Below are positions 1 through 13,324 of a stretch of DNA of 64,000 bases, in pieces (the stretch's first letter is position 1; each line of letters starts with the position of its first letter). Origin of the DNA: Lytechinus pictus (lineage: Eukaryota); NCBI RefSeq assembly GCF_037042905.1, contig NC_087252.1, positions 2,294,001 through 2,358,000 on the forward strand. The letters are read 5' to 3'. Under the pieces are notes generated by a model. It ran no database searches, had not been told where the DNA came from, and was given only the letters and a program-made list of their open reading frames with translations. The position numbers and the translations under genes are program-made.

Positions 1-2
1 CG

Positions 3-2417
3 AATCAGAAAATACCAGTCGCGCCATTAAAACCAGTGCCAGCGTTCGATGAACCGTTTGCAAGAATTATCATAGATTGCGTAGGTCCGCTTCCGAGGAC
101 AAAAGCGGGTAATGAATTCCTGTTTACCATTATGTGCGCAAGTACCAGGTATGTCGAAGCGATTCCACTTAGACGCATCACCGCAAACAATGTGAGCAAG
201 GCGCTGATCAAGTTTTTCACGACTGTAGGATTACCGCGTACCGTTCAGTCTGATCAAGGATCAAACTTTATGTCGAAAGTCTTTAAGCAAGTGCTAGGGC
301 AGTTAGGGATTGAACATGTAGTTTCTAGTGCATACCATCCTGAATCGCAAGGAGCACTTGAGAGATGTCATCAGACACTCAAGAACATGCTCAAAACATA
401 TTGTTTGGAGACAGAGAAACAATGGGATGAGGGAATTCCATTGTTGCTATTTGCTTTGAGAGAATCTGTTCAAGAATCTCTTGGTTTCAGCCCATTTCAG
501 CTCGTGTATGGACATGAAGTCCGTGGACCCCTCAGGTTGTTGAGTGAAAGGTTGTTGTCAGATGAGGAAGATGTGAATATGTTAGACTACGTATCGTCTT
601 TCCGTGAGAGATTGCATCGTGCTTGTGAAGTTGCTAGGAAGAATTTGTCTGATTCTCAGGAGAAAATGAAGTCTTGGTATGACAAGAAGTCCAAGGAAAG
701 GAATTTCAAGGCAGGTGATGAAGTTTTGGTTTTGTTACCAGTAGTTGGTAATGCTTTGCAGGCTAGATTTTCTGGACCGTATACCATTCTGAAGAAAGTT
801 GGTGATGTTGACTATGTCGTCAAAACTCCAGATAGACGAAAGAAAAAGCGTGTATGTCATGTGAATATGATAAAAGCCTATGTTCGAAGAGATGATGAAA
901 AGAGAGCACAACCAGTGTTGAGTGCTGTAGAATCTGAGCTGAATGATGAAAGTGAAGAGATGTGTAAAATTGAGAGAGATGAACCATGTGTGAAATTGAA
1001 AAATTCAGAAGTTCTAACACACATCAATGACAAACTAACCCACTTGTCTGAGAAGGAGAGGAGGGATGTGAAGGAGCTGTTGAATGAGTATCCGCAGTTA
1101 TTTGCAGATATTCCATCTCGTACTGATGTTGTTGAACATGATGTTTGTGTGGGAGATACCACCCCAATCAAGCAGGCACCTTATCGTGTTAACCCAGTAA
1201 AGATGAAGAATCTTGAAAAAGAAATAGAGTACATGCTGCAGAATGGCATCATTGAGCCAAGTAGCAGCGCATGGTCGTCACCATGCATCTTAGTTCCGAA
1301 ACCGGATAAGTCGTATCGTTTCTGTACCGACTACAGAAAAGTCAATTCGAGTACAAAGACCGATTCTTTCCCCATACCGCGCGTAGATGACTGTATTGAC
1401 CGTATAGGCAAGGCGAAGTATGTGAGCAAATTCGATATGCTTAAAGGCTATTGGCAGATTCCGTTGACTAAGAGAGCGCAAGAAATATCCGCATTTGCTA
1501 CACCTCAAGGCCTATTCCATTACACTGTGATGCCATTCGGTATGAAAAACGCGCCGGCTACATTCCAAAGACTTGTGAATAGTCTTGTCTCTGGTCTTGA
1601 AGGCTGTGAAGCTTACATAGATGACTTGATTGTGTATAGTGAAGATTGGGAAGTTCATGTACAAAGAATCAGAGATTTGTTCAGGAGATTGTCTGATGCC
1701 AAATTGACAGTCAACTTGGCAAAGAGTGAGTTTGGAGGTGCTACTGTTAGTTTCTTGGGTCACGTTGTTGGTTCAGGTCATGTTCGACCACTCTCAGCGA
1801 AGGTAGAAGCTATTCAGGCGTTCCCGACTCCAACCAACCGGAAGGAACTGATGAGGTTTCTTGGCATGGCAGGCTACTACAGACGATTCTGCCATAACTT
1901 CTCTGATGTCGTCGCCCCGCTGACCAATCTACTACGCAAGGAGGTGAAGCTCATCTGGTCCAGTGACTGTCAGAGTGCTTTTGACAAAGTGAAAGCACTC
2001 CTATCTACCAATCCTGTACTGGTGGCTCCAGATTTTAGTCAGCCATTCTCTCTGATGGTTGACGCTAGTGATGTGGGTGCCGGAGCTGTTCTTACGCAGA
2101 AAGATGAACAGGGAACAGACAGGCCCATATCGTTCTTCTCAAGGAAGTTTTCGAGCAGTCAGAGAAATTATTCCACTGTGGAGAAGGAAACTTTGGCGTT
2201 AATCTTTGCACTGCAACACTTTGAAGTGTATGTGAGTGGATCTCAACATGCATTGGACATATGGACAGATCATAATCCTTTGACGTTTCTAAGTAAGATG
2301 AAAAACAAAAATCAAAGACTTACAAGGTGGAGTCTACTGCTCCAAGAGTACAACTTGAACATTAGACATCTACCGGGAAAAGACAACATTATTGCAGACA
2401 CATTGTCGCGAGTGTAA
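3..2417 (+). CDS. pol: Pol polyprotein (integrase core and GPY/F motif, reverse transcriptase, RNase H); open at the 5' window edge
   Basis: Integrase DDE motifs IIIDCVGPLP / VQSDQGSNF / ESQGALER and RFSGPY. RT motifs YRFCTDYRKVN, MPFGMKNAPATFQR, AYIDD. RNase H motifs LMVDASD, EKETLAL, WTDHNPL, IADTLSR. The frame is open from position 3 (NQKIPVAPLKPV). Confidence 0.95.
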   Translation, partial: NQKIPVAPLKPVPAFDEPFARIIIDCVGPLPRTKAGNEFLFTIMCASTRYVEAIPLRRITANNVSKALIKFFTTVGLPRTVQSDQGSNFMSKVFKQVLGQLGIEHVVSSAYHPESQGALERCHQTLKNMLKTYCLETEKQWDEGIPLLLFALRESVQESLGFSPFQLVYGHEVRGPLRLLSERLLSDEEDVNMLDYVSSFRERLHRACEVARKNLSDSQEKMKSWYDKKSKERNFKAGDEVLVLLPVVGNALQARFSGPYTILKKVGDVDYVVKTPDRRKKKRVCHVNMIKAYVRRDDEKRAQPVLSAVESELNDESEEMCKIERDEPCVKLKNSEVLTHINDKLTHLSEKERRDVKELLNEYPQLFADIPSRTDVVEHDVCVGDTTPIKQAPYRVNPVKMKNLEKEIEYMLQNGIIEPSSSAWSSPCILVPKPDKSYRFCTDYRKVNSSTKTDSFPIPRVDDCIDRIGKAKYVSKFDMLKGYWQIPLTKRAQEISAFATPQGLFHYTVMPFGMKNAPATFQRLVNSLVSGLEGCEAYIDDLIVYSEDWEVHVQRIRDLFRRLSDAKLTVNLAKSEFGGATVSFLGHVVGSGHVRPLSAKVEAIQAFPTPTNRKELMRFLGMAGYYRRFCHNFSDVVAPLTNLLRKEVKLIWSSDCQSAFDKVKALLSTNPVLVAPDFSQPFSLMVDASDVGAGAVLTQKDEQGTDRPISFFSRKFSSSQRNYSTVEKETLALIFALQHFEVYVSGSQHALDIWTDHNPLTFLSKMKNKNQRLTRWSLLLQEYNLNIRHLPGKDNIIADTLSRV

Positions 2418-3497
2418 ACAAAATCCTAAACTTTGACCAATTTGATAACATGGACTTTGTGTGAACTTTGAACTCTGGACAATTGAAGTTAACGTCGTGT
2501 GTATCAATGTGAAATTCGGACAATGAAAGTTTGATATCATCAATGTGATAAACTTTGAACGTTTGTCATCGTGTTATGTCATCGTGACGTTTGAGCAGTG
2601 AACATTTGACAGCGTGTTAATTCATCGTGACATTTGAACTGTGAACGTTTGATATTGTGTATAATCAAGGTGAAATTTGGAAACTGCACTTTCAGTGAAC
2701 TGTTGAACTTGAAACTTATATCATCATGTGAATTTATACCTAAATGCTTACTTGTCATCTCAACTTAATGGATACTCCGGAATGGACTCTATACCATGTT
2801 TGATTTGAAAGTGAACTGAACTTGTGTTTTTTCTGGATTTCTGGATGCCAACTGTGCTCATGTTTACACTATGTGACTATATCTTGGATCAAGTAATCTG
2901 AACCTACTGTGAATCTTCATGAACATTCAATGAACCCTAACACTGAAGCAATGATGTTGAACTTCGTTGAACTGAAACTATAATTGGAAGAAGATATTGG
3001 AAATCAGAAGTTAGAACTTACATCTTGAATGATTTCTCATGTCATTGACTTTTGGACTCAGTGAAGCAATGCTTTTTATATTGCTTTTCTCATCACACTT
3101 GGAAGTAATATCATGTATTTTTTATGTTGATTATTCATGTGAAATTTCTTATGACTATGTTTATTACGAACATACATGTATTTCAGAACATGCGTGTACA
3201 TTTTGATGAATAAGTTTTACTACATGCATGCGCTATCAATACATGTCTGTTTTACTCATTTCATTATACTATGTTTTATATTATGCTTTTCTTTTGCCAA
3301 AGTATGCGAAATTGCTGCACAAAAAGCGTGAAATTGAAAAAGGGCATTTCGATGTGTTTTAATACATTAACTGTGTTTGGTTAAGGGCTATATTCATTGT
3401 GATAATGTTCGTTTATATTAACAAGCAAAATTTGAGTTGCGAACATACTTATTGCAATTTCTTTGAAAAATTATAAGCATGTTTTTAAGGAAGGGAG

Positions 3498-3754
3498 TGT
3501 GACGAGATAATAATACACGTTTAAGTCTGGAGGACAGACTAAAAAAAGGATAACGCTATGTGAACAACGGACTTGTGAATCTGAATCGTCATGTGTACAT
3601 TTTGTAAATAAACTGTTTTTAAACGATTTGACACGGCGTGGCTTGTTTGCTAATTCAGGAGTGTCTGGATGGAGAACAAGATTCAGGAGGTTTACGTTGG
3701 TGTTTGTCCAGGACAGGTAACAATAAGAGCTTGTATGGACCAGCAAACGTAACA
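3498..3754 (+). repeat. 3' LTR (~257 bp)
   Basis: Begins TGTGACG directly after the PPT and ends CGTAACA (terminal inverted repeat with 1 mismatch). AATAAA at 3607-3612. The 5' LTR is not in the window, so it cannot be compared. Confidence 0.75.
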
Positions 3755-5165
3755 CTTAACATTTCATGAAAACTATGAAAACTGTGCACCAAATTTTCGA
3801 GTCTTGCCCCCCCCCCCCCCCCGGAAATATTATCTACATGTGGTCATGCAAAATGGCATGACTGGAAATCCCACATTTTGAAAAGAGCATTTGACAGGGT
3901 CACACTTTACCCCTTTTTCAACATTTTCTTTTATGGCGCCGGTGAAGTGCAAAAATATGTGCGCTGCTCGCCAAAAGCTGGATCCGCCTATGATCCTCAT
4001 CCTTTCGTTAGCCATGGTAAATTGCCATCTTGAATGACGTCATCAAACCTACAGACGTCCTTACCAGTCGCCATATATCGCGATTCGTGCCCGCTGCGTT
4101 GCGCTTGTCTATATATCGCTAATTTTTGTGTGCGTGCGTTCGGAACTTGTCGCATGCATCATGGATGCATGCATTGACTGGCCAGGATATCGAACATTTT
4201 AATCGGAAAGCCTTGATATAAGCCTTACTTCAGGAACGTAGAGAGCAGCAATACACGGCTGCCAGTGTTTTCTCGCAAAAAAAATGAATTAAATAAAAAA
4301 AATAAGGAATATTTCATCGGTAACGTATATTTCCGATATTTTACTTAAAAATGCGTTTTATCAAAAGAGAGATTAGAGTTCAAGATGATATAACGTCATT
4401 TAGACCTAAACAAAATCAAATCTAGACAAAACACTATAGGCCCAAATTGGGTAAAAATGATTACACATGCGGGCTCGTACTAACGTACTACCGTCAGTGA
4501 ATGGGGATTGTCGTAAACTGTCAAAAATTATTAAATAAATCCCAAGAAACGACGGTCAATCCTGTTTAATGACAACGAAATCATTTTTGTTTCACCATTC
4601 CAAAAATAAGGAGAGAAATGACTGAACATAAACGCAAAAAATATGAGAGAGATAGAAAAAAAAAGTTTACATCGTATACCTCACCTGTTTAGAGAGTTTT
4701 CTTAAAAACACATTAAATGAATTTACAGTCTATTTCGTTGAAGGGATGGAGGGTGGTAACATTTGAGTTAACCAGGTAAACCAAATAAAAGGTAGTAAAA
4801 ATGTAACAAATAGAGCCACAAGAGAAATGCAACACAAGAATTGGAGTGAGTCAGGGAAAACGGTTTTGTGCTTGTGTATCTTGCAAGCAGTGTAATTTGA
4901 TATATTATACGTTTGTCTTAGAATCACCTTTGAATCATAGAATAATCAGTAGAAAATATATTTTCAAAGACATCCTATTAAAGATTTGCAAAATGACCTT
5001 TCAATTTGAGATTTTTGTCTGTATGTATATTATAGATATTATTAAAAGTAAAAAAAAAACACATAAACAGATGGACTTTCACGGGCAAAGCTTTTATTGT
5101 AAGATCTTTACAGTGACATTTTTTTTAAATGAGTTTTAATTTAAGTCCTTCTTATCCCCATGTAG

Positions 5166-8100
5166 TCCCAGTTCAACTCCAAAAGACCATTGGAAATGAA
5201 GAAGTATGTGAATTCGTCCGTAGACTTACAGGAAGGCATCGCAAGCGATTGGCAAACGAGACACCGGCGACTGAAGACAACAAAATATCCAACTTTGCAG
5301 AAGAAAACAATGAAATGTTGTTTGATGCAAAATCTATGGTTCGAGACTGGATTGAAAGTGAGCAATGCAGTAATTATGAGAAGAGATGTAAACTGGATGA
5401 TAGTCTGATTAAAATTGGTCGACATGATATGACAGGTAAACATACGATAAAATATATTGTGATTGACGTATCATATCTCTATTTGTATTTACTTGAAAAG
5501 TCTGTTCTTAAAAAAAGGTATATAATTTCATTCAACATTAACTATTTCCCCGTTATTGTGAGTCATTTACATGCACATTATATTTAAAAATATGTAAATT
5601 TACACATTTGTTTATTTTAGTAAATTATTTTTTATGTGAGAGTTTAGATGAAACTCTCACATAAAAAGTAGTTTTCTTCCCCATAGTTCCATATACAGGG
5701 TATTGTATTGTTGTAGGCATATACTTGAAATTTGTGAACAGAATCATCCTGATTAAAAAATGCAGGTTAATAGTTTAGACACTGATAATAATGATAATAT
5801 TAATGAAAATTAATAATGATCATGATGACGATGACAACGATGATGATGATGATGATGAAAATAATGATAATAACAACAATAATGATAATAGCAATGATAT
5901 TAATAATTAAAATTATTTTACAATATACGTGTATTTATATAGGGCAAATAATATATTTACGTATTATATTGCGCTGCACAAGTGCAAGAGCTCACTAAAT
6001 GCTCTACGTACTACCAGAATAAATAGCACATAGAGCATTAATACTCCTGATTTCATAAAATGAGAACGAAATGTAAATTGCTGTTTTCTTTCTGAAAACT
6101 CTTGTTATCGCCAGATTTTTTCGGCACAATTCACTTTCGGCGAAAAAAAGATCCCGAACTCTCGGCAAACTTGCATCGGGAGTCAAAAACATTCCGTAAG
6201 TTTTTATGCCATATCTTTCTTTATAACTTATTCCTTCAGGAACTATTATTTTTTCTAAGAAATATCATATATATATATATTGTGTTATCCTTATGCAGCG
6301 TCCTTTGCTTATTAGTTTTATAACCAAAAGGGCTACCCTAACTAAAACTGAAAGTACACTCTCTTCTATTATTTATGCCATGATGCATTTAGTTTTTTAT
6401 AAGTAGACATAAGTTATTTTTTTCTTTTTTTACGAAATCTGCCTATATTCCTTCAATTGTGCATTTGTTTTGTATTATTTTGTACTTCCTGATTAGAACA
6501 AAATATTGGCGAATGCCAGTGACATTCTAATAAATTCAATTCATATTATTCTTTTAAATTGAACAACCTTCTTACTTCCTTTATAGAACACATTTATCGC
6601 GTCTATGACAATTATGCCATATATCTAAAAAAAAAAAACTTTACACTTTTGAAATGACTGCAAAATGAAGACGAAACATGATTATGTGGAGAAAGTTTAT
6701 ATGCATGAATAATACAGCTCACCTTTCATATGACGTCAATTTCGTTCAAAAAGTATTTGGCATAAGCTTAGTTATTTATTTTTATAAAGCAATGAAAATA
6801 AGGTTGGGCAGGAATCGATCATGATTTCAACATGAACAATATTTTTCGACCATTTGGTAACAAGTGAAAATTAATTCCATGAGCTATCGATATACATGTA
6901 CTTAAAAATCCTCTCCCTGAATCGTAAGTTTGTTATGTGGCAGTCATTTTAAAGTGTAGAGGGTTTCATTTTACACACACGTATTTGTGCAACACATTGT
7001 GTAAAATTTCGACTTTTTTATTATAATTTCGGAAGCAATAATGGATCTTGTACTACTGCATGATTATAGATCTTGCGACGATCTTCGACGATGATTTAAT
7101 CCGGTTAAGAACGCTTATGACTTGCCTTGACGAAGACATGATGCAAACGTTCTGCGAGAAAGTAGGTATACCCCTTAAAGTAGAAGGACCGAAAAAGAAG
7201 AGTTCGGACATTATTGATCTTCGACAATGGAGAGACAGTCACTTACAGTATACAGTGAAAGAAGTCTTCTCAGAAGTATCTGGATTCATGACAAATAAAA
7301 CTAAAGGTAAGGACCAATGGGTGTGAGATAGCAGCTCCCGACTACTTTTTGTAAGTAATTCTATTTCCAGAAGAATTGAACGATGTGCTTCATAATTTGG
7401 AGAAATGTCTATTTTTGCTTCAAGAAATCAAACGTTTTTTTGTCTTAATTATAATCATTATTGTAACACTTTTTTCTATATTTATTTTATTATATAGTTT
7501 ACGCAATACGTAAAAGTGAAACATGTGGATCATGGGTTTCTTTCGCAAATAAGTACCTGATCAGATGCACCCTCTTTCGATAAGCTTAAAGATTACGAAG
7601 TAAAATGAAAATAAAACAAAAATGACTTTACACAACTATTGTAAAAAGTTTTATAATTATGGTTCTTAACGACCTGAATATAAATATTAAAGAGATAATA
7701 AAATGTGTTGTTTTTTCGATGGAAATCCACATTTTCAGTAAACTTTGTAACGGATCAAGAACTTGAGTGGCTGGTGTCTCAAGCGACAATTGACGACAAG
7801 GTGGGGGACTTTACCAGTAAAAAACGACTCCACTGGAAGAGATCAAAAAGGACAGCAAGAAAACTAATGGGTGAGCTTTTAGTTGTGACATTCTCGTTAT
7901 GATGTTATCTATCGTCTATATTTTTAAGTTAAACCGTTGACATTATGCGCACATTTGACACTTAGATTCAATAGGATTCAATTTTGATAACAACTGAAAT
8001 GAGAAATGTCCGACGAAGAGCTTTTCAGTATATATATTAAAATCGAAGATAGTCATATTTCACGTTGAATGAAAAATGTCATAAGTAAACTAAATATCTT

Positions 8101-11057
8101 CTAAATGCATACATGTAGTTGTGCGTATATTCATTTTTACATCAAAATGTCATGATTATCATTACATTCAGCTACACTCAGCTTAATGTCCGACGACCAT
8201 GATGGAAAGTATCAACCCAAGTTTGAGCGATCACTCTCACAAGAAGGGACAGGAAAAGAAAACGCCGGTTCTCATGAAGAATCGCAGGAAGAAGATATAT
8301 CTTCGTCTGATCTGGGGCAACAACTGAGATTATGGAGAAGAAAGCGTGTAGACAAATCTTGTCGAAAGCCATTGAGATCGGCTTTCAAATCTGTAGGGCT
8401 AGAAGGTAAATACAATATGGAATCACATAGAAACATCCGTGACTGAATATTTTTTGTTCATAAGGTACACACTTTCTCATTTCCTTGTCATTATCGAACA
8501 CTGAATTCGACGATGAATAAATATTCAAAATATAAAGAAAATAGGAAGAAAAATGATATACAGTATAGGGTATTTCAGAGTTTGAATAGATTGAGGGAAC
8601 CTTTGTTATGTTCAGCCCTAATTGTTCGTAGTCCGCCCCTAATTATTTTTAGTTCCAGATAAACACGACACGATATAATAAAATCTTATTTTGTTTGGCG
8701 CACGCTCTCCTTGTCATTCATATTATTCATTGGATTTTAGTGACATGAATCCTGAGATTGATGTGATTTTATTATAAGTCTAAATAAAACCCTATGATTA
8801 GTAAAAAAAAAAGTGAAATTAATTTCAAGTACGATTATTGAGTTGGGAGTATTACACAAATAATGATCATGTATGCACATTTGATTGATCCCAATAGAAT
8901 GCATCGTAAACAAGACGCCACGGGAAAGGGTGTATGAAGTAGAGATTATACGAGCAGCCTTTCTCATATTGATGAGGGACGTTTATCCCGTCATAGAAGC
9001 ACTGGAAATCAACAAAATAACGACTTCGAAGTACATGAGACAGTGTTCTGTTCTAGACAAAGGATCGTTGGATCTTCTGTTCCAGATCTGCGAAGTAAAG
9101 GACAAATCGGAAAGCTACAATCGTCTTGATTTCTGTGCAAAGCTCACAAATATGGGTTATGTCGATGTTGCAAGATCTATATATTTAGGTACGATATCAC
9201 TGACGTACACAGGGACTGCGCCAGGGTGTTATTCGAATGAGGGGGGGGGGGTATTAATTAAAAATCGACTAACATGGGTTGTGCTCTGAAATAATTTAAT
9301 CAATTATATAAGCCTCATATTCCGTTTAGCAAAATGGAAGTACCATGGTGTAGCTGTTCAGATTCTCACCTTGTAATCAGAGGGTTGTGTGATCGAATCC
9401 CACCACGGCCTAGCGTCCTCTGGCTAGGCGTCAATCCAGAGTTTATCGCTCTTCTTTCCCAGGTGCTCAATGGGTACCCGGTAGGATGCGAAAGCCTATT
9501 TGTATAGTGTGTCTAGCTACCTATTTTTTCTAGCTCTTGTTGGAGTAGTCCACAGACAGTGGAAAATGTGAATACAATGTATGCGGGAACGCAATGATCA
9601 TATGACAGGGGTAATAATAACAATGTAAAGCACTAAGAAAAAATAAGTATTAAACGCTATATCGATGATAATTTATTATTATTATTATCATGACCATTAT
9701 TATTAAATTTCATCATTAATATCATCATTATTATAATTATTATCATTTTAAAGTTATTTTACCTGTTTGAATAAATATAGATCACGAGATGAGTACAAGT
9801 GAGCTCGCAAGAATTGCCTTTGTACTGAACGACTGTGACCAAGCAAAATTCAAATCTCTTATTGGTCAACTGGATTTGAGACCTGATGAACTTCCAGAAT
9901 GCCTTGGAGCATACAGTAAGGTAGACTGTTTAGAAGTGCTAATGACTTGGAAGGAGAAGATCAGACCAGTTCCGTATCACTACAGACGGCATATCATTGA
10001 TGGTCTCCAAGCAGTTGGATGTTCAGATCTTGCTGATGAAGTTCTAAGAGGTAAGTCTCATCATCTTATTCAGAATGTTCAGTGGTATTTTATCGGGGAG
10101 AAGCAATGGCAATTTTTTAATCTCTTATGGTGCAGTGTTAAAAAAAGTATGTTCGATCTATATAGTTGATTTGCTTTTAATTGAAACTTATCTTTGTTGC
10201 AACGCCCCATTAAGCTTGAGGATGGGACCCATGCTTATTAATTAATATGCTAGACTATCTGCCAGACTATCCTAACGCCCAATTCACCATTGCTTTCTCT
10301 CTTTATTTCTTGATTCCGATTTGTTGTTCCAAATCTAGTTAAATCTTCACGTTCGTTCCGGGATAAATAGCAGTCGTTCGATCATTAGTTTACTTTTCAT
10401 CTGCCCTTAATCTACTTACACGCACCTAGCATGCACATGTGAGATTGAAGTTGTTATTTTGAAGGGTATAAGATTTTGAAATTCATTTTTCGTTCAATAA
10501 TTATATCGTTCCTGATGTGGAGTAGAAAGCCCCCCCCCCCAAAAAAAAAAAAAAAAATATATATATATATGTATATATATGAATAAAATCATTTCTCATT
10601 TTCACTTGATGATACAAATTTACACTATCCGTTTTATCGCGTCATACTGGAAAGATAGGTAGTTATGTAGGTACATTCGCCTCGAACTTTTAATTTTTTA
10701 GCCATTACTCTCAAGCAATGTTAATAATTTGCTTTAAATCATTGTTTCATACTTTTTAAAGGCCTTTATCGACAGGAATCTCCAGAGGAAGATGCCATTA
10801 AAATTATCTGCAGTAGACTTGATGACGGTCAGATACAGAATCTTGTTCGATTCCTGAAACTTAAGCCTGATGATGGTGAACAAGATCGGAAAATGTCAAC
10901 TAACATGATTGTCCGCTGGGCGGATAAGTGGATGAGAAAGTATGATTCCTCGGCTATATCATTTAAAGAGAGAAGATCAGTAAACGATGAGCTTGTTAGA
11001 GCAGGGTTTTATGAGCTAGCTCATGAAATCATGATACTAGAATTTTCCAAGTTCTAA
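5166..11057 (+). CDS. Spliced gene with tandem death-fold-like helical modules; exons 5166-5435, 7070-7306, 7739-7870, 8172-8405, 8898-9188, 9781-10050, 10762-11057 (5' start not found)
   Basis: Every exon has canonical AG/GT boundaries, all introns are phase 1, and the frame joins through to TAA at 11055-11057. Several exons end in a death-domain-like pattern, e.g. LEVLMTWKEK...HIIDGLQAVGCSDLADEV, MVRDWIES...LDDSLIKIGRHDM, MIVRWADK...ELVRAGFYELAHEI. The domain assignment is by pattern only. Confidence 0.7.
9336..9690 (+). mobile_element. tRNA-derived SINE, in an intron
   Basis: tRNA-like head with A-box-like TGGTGTAGCTG and B-box-like GATCGAATCCC, core CCCAGGTG...AATGGGTACC shared with the SINE at 20755, and an (ATT)n tail. 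Confidence 0.65.
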
Positions 11058-13118
11058 TATAGGAATCTCATGCAAGCTTATTGTCTTTATTGTTAGATAT
11101 TGATTGATTCTGCTTCATCTGTAAAAATGTGAGATCTACCTTAAATGTATGAATTTTATAATTTCGTCTGCGTTGTATTTGTTATTCCTCAACAACATGA
11201 ACAAGTGATTGCTAGCGTTTCCGTGTTCAAAATGCAGAATTGACGTGCATACTTACACTGTAGCAAACAATATTATTGAACGTCTTTGTACCATAGCGTG
11301 TAGACATGAAAATACCTTGTACCTTGTACCTTGTAGTTTCAATCCCTGAAGTCCTCCACCAGGAAGGGTAACTCAGGGCTGACGAGAGTGGGATATGTTA
11401 GATCTTTATAAACTTTTGAAAGAAACTTTTCATGAAAACAAGAATATAATGAAAAGCATGCATTGAACACTGATCAAATGATGAGTCCAGAACCTCTCCA
11501 GGTAACGTTAATTTCTCGATCCATTTGAGCATGAGTATTAATAATAATTTAATGACAGCTTTTTAAGAACTACCTTAAACCATGTAAATAGCGTTCAAAA
11601 TTTAACCAAAAGAGTGATAAACTAAGTTACTTTATTTGCACTTAGTTGTAATTCCAGTTTTAACCGCAGCCAATCCTAGAATGCGATGGGAACGAGGACG
11701 GAAAAATAAGTTGCATTAGCAGTAGTAGTAGCTAAGTAGCGGATATAATAACATGTGCTTTTATAAGAGAATGGTGTCTATGTATAAATGTGTCATCAAA
11801 ATTGTTGTTGCAAAAAAAAAATTATCGCAGCTTTCATAAATGAATGCAAATTACTAAATCGCATTAATCATTCGAATGTTTAGATTAAGAGTAGGCGTAA
11901 TATGATTTCAATCAGTATGATTCATCATTGTTTAATTATTCTCACCACTCTCTTGCCTTATTTCTTTATACATATTGTGTAAAAGACGGTGAGCGATGAT
12001 GACTGTGTAATGTAAGAATATGTTTTGTACGTACAAAAATAGTTTTATTTTAAAGTTTTATTTTAAAGCAGGCAATGGTGTATCTATAAAATAGTGAGAA
12101 AAAACCCAAGATGTTTCTTTTGACTAAACGTATATTCTGCGATTAAAAAGTAGGTAAAGTGGTTAGATTAAACTTTTCTGACCATAATAGAAATGCAAGC
12201 CTATGGGATAACTTAGTATAAACCTTTTTTCAAACTTTTCGATTATTATCCATTGTGGTCAAAACAACTGCGAGCCGACTAAAATTCCGGTTTTATCTTT
12301 ACAGACATTCGGAATCTAATACATAATTCCGTCTAAAGATAATACAAATGCCTACTCTTTGATCGAAGGTTAGGGTATGTTCTAAGTCTGTGCATAAATT
12401 ATTGAAGGCCAATCATGTCAAAACTTTGTTGTGTCTCCTGATTGTATCTTCTCATGATGGATGAAGAAGAAAATTTGTGATATTGCCTTTTTCTAACAAT
12501 AGGTTTATTGGCGAATTCGCTGAGTGAAATATAAAAAAACTTATCCTGGTTAGGCACCTTTTTGCTATACACACCAAAGAGTTAGACTGCGGTGTAAGTT
12601 TGACATCAGGTCAAAGGCAAAATATGTATACCTATTTTTAGTATATTTGTTGGTGTGTGTGGGGTGCGTCTGCATGTGTGTTTCATTACATTTTAATAGG
12701 CCCTATTTCGTTCTTTTGCGCGAATGTATGAGTTCCTTCAAGAATTCAGAATCTATACGAGGACTCTGCAAAAGAGAAATGATTTTTTTTTTCGTTATTC
12801 GTTTTGTTGTGCGTTTTTCTACCAAGAAACTGGAAAAGGTAATTGTCTTCCCCGTTTTTGTGTTACCAATGTTTTTTTTCATAATATGCCACACAGGCCA
12901 TTTTATTTTAGAGCTTTGTTCTGTTTCTCGGAGGGCGGGGGGTTATTTCTTATTCAATTAATTTACTTTCATGTGAGTTAGTATATCATGCACAAATTGC
13001 TTACAGATGGATATTGTGTAATGGAAACATTAAGTTTTCTGTAGAAAAAAAACGTGCAAAAACAACGGTGGGTGTTTTCGTATTTGTGTTCTTTGTGAAG
13101 GTTTGTCGACTGGGTCAA

Positions 13119-13324
13119 CACTCTTTATTAAAATGTTGGGCAACATACTGTCCGCGCAACAATAGGTTAAAAAATCGATCAAACTCTGGGTAGTTTTTAA
13201 CCAATACTGTGTAGTTTTCACAAAAAGTACACATTATTGCATGGTTTAAACCCACCCAGAATTGGAAAAAAGCTTTAGCCACTTGTTGTGTGGACAGTTT
13301 TATTGCCCAACATTTTTAAGAGTG
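13119..13324. mobile_element. CACT-terminated MITE (EnSpm/CACTA-like) with 2-bp TSD AA
   Basis: Inverted ends CACTCTT...AAAATGTTGGGCAA / TTGCCCAACATTTTTAAGAGTG, with AA on both flanks. Confidence 0.6.

Larger units (their letters stand above)
1..3754 (+). mobile_element. 3' part of a Gypsy-superfamily LTR retrotransposon with Gmr1-like domain order (IN before RT-RNaseH); 5' part lies outside the window
   Basis: Intact pol frame to 2417, then ~1.08 kb of non-coding 3' sequence, a purine tract AAGGAAGGGAG (3487-3497), and a TG...CA LTR candidate at 3498-3754. Confidence 0.9.
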
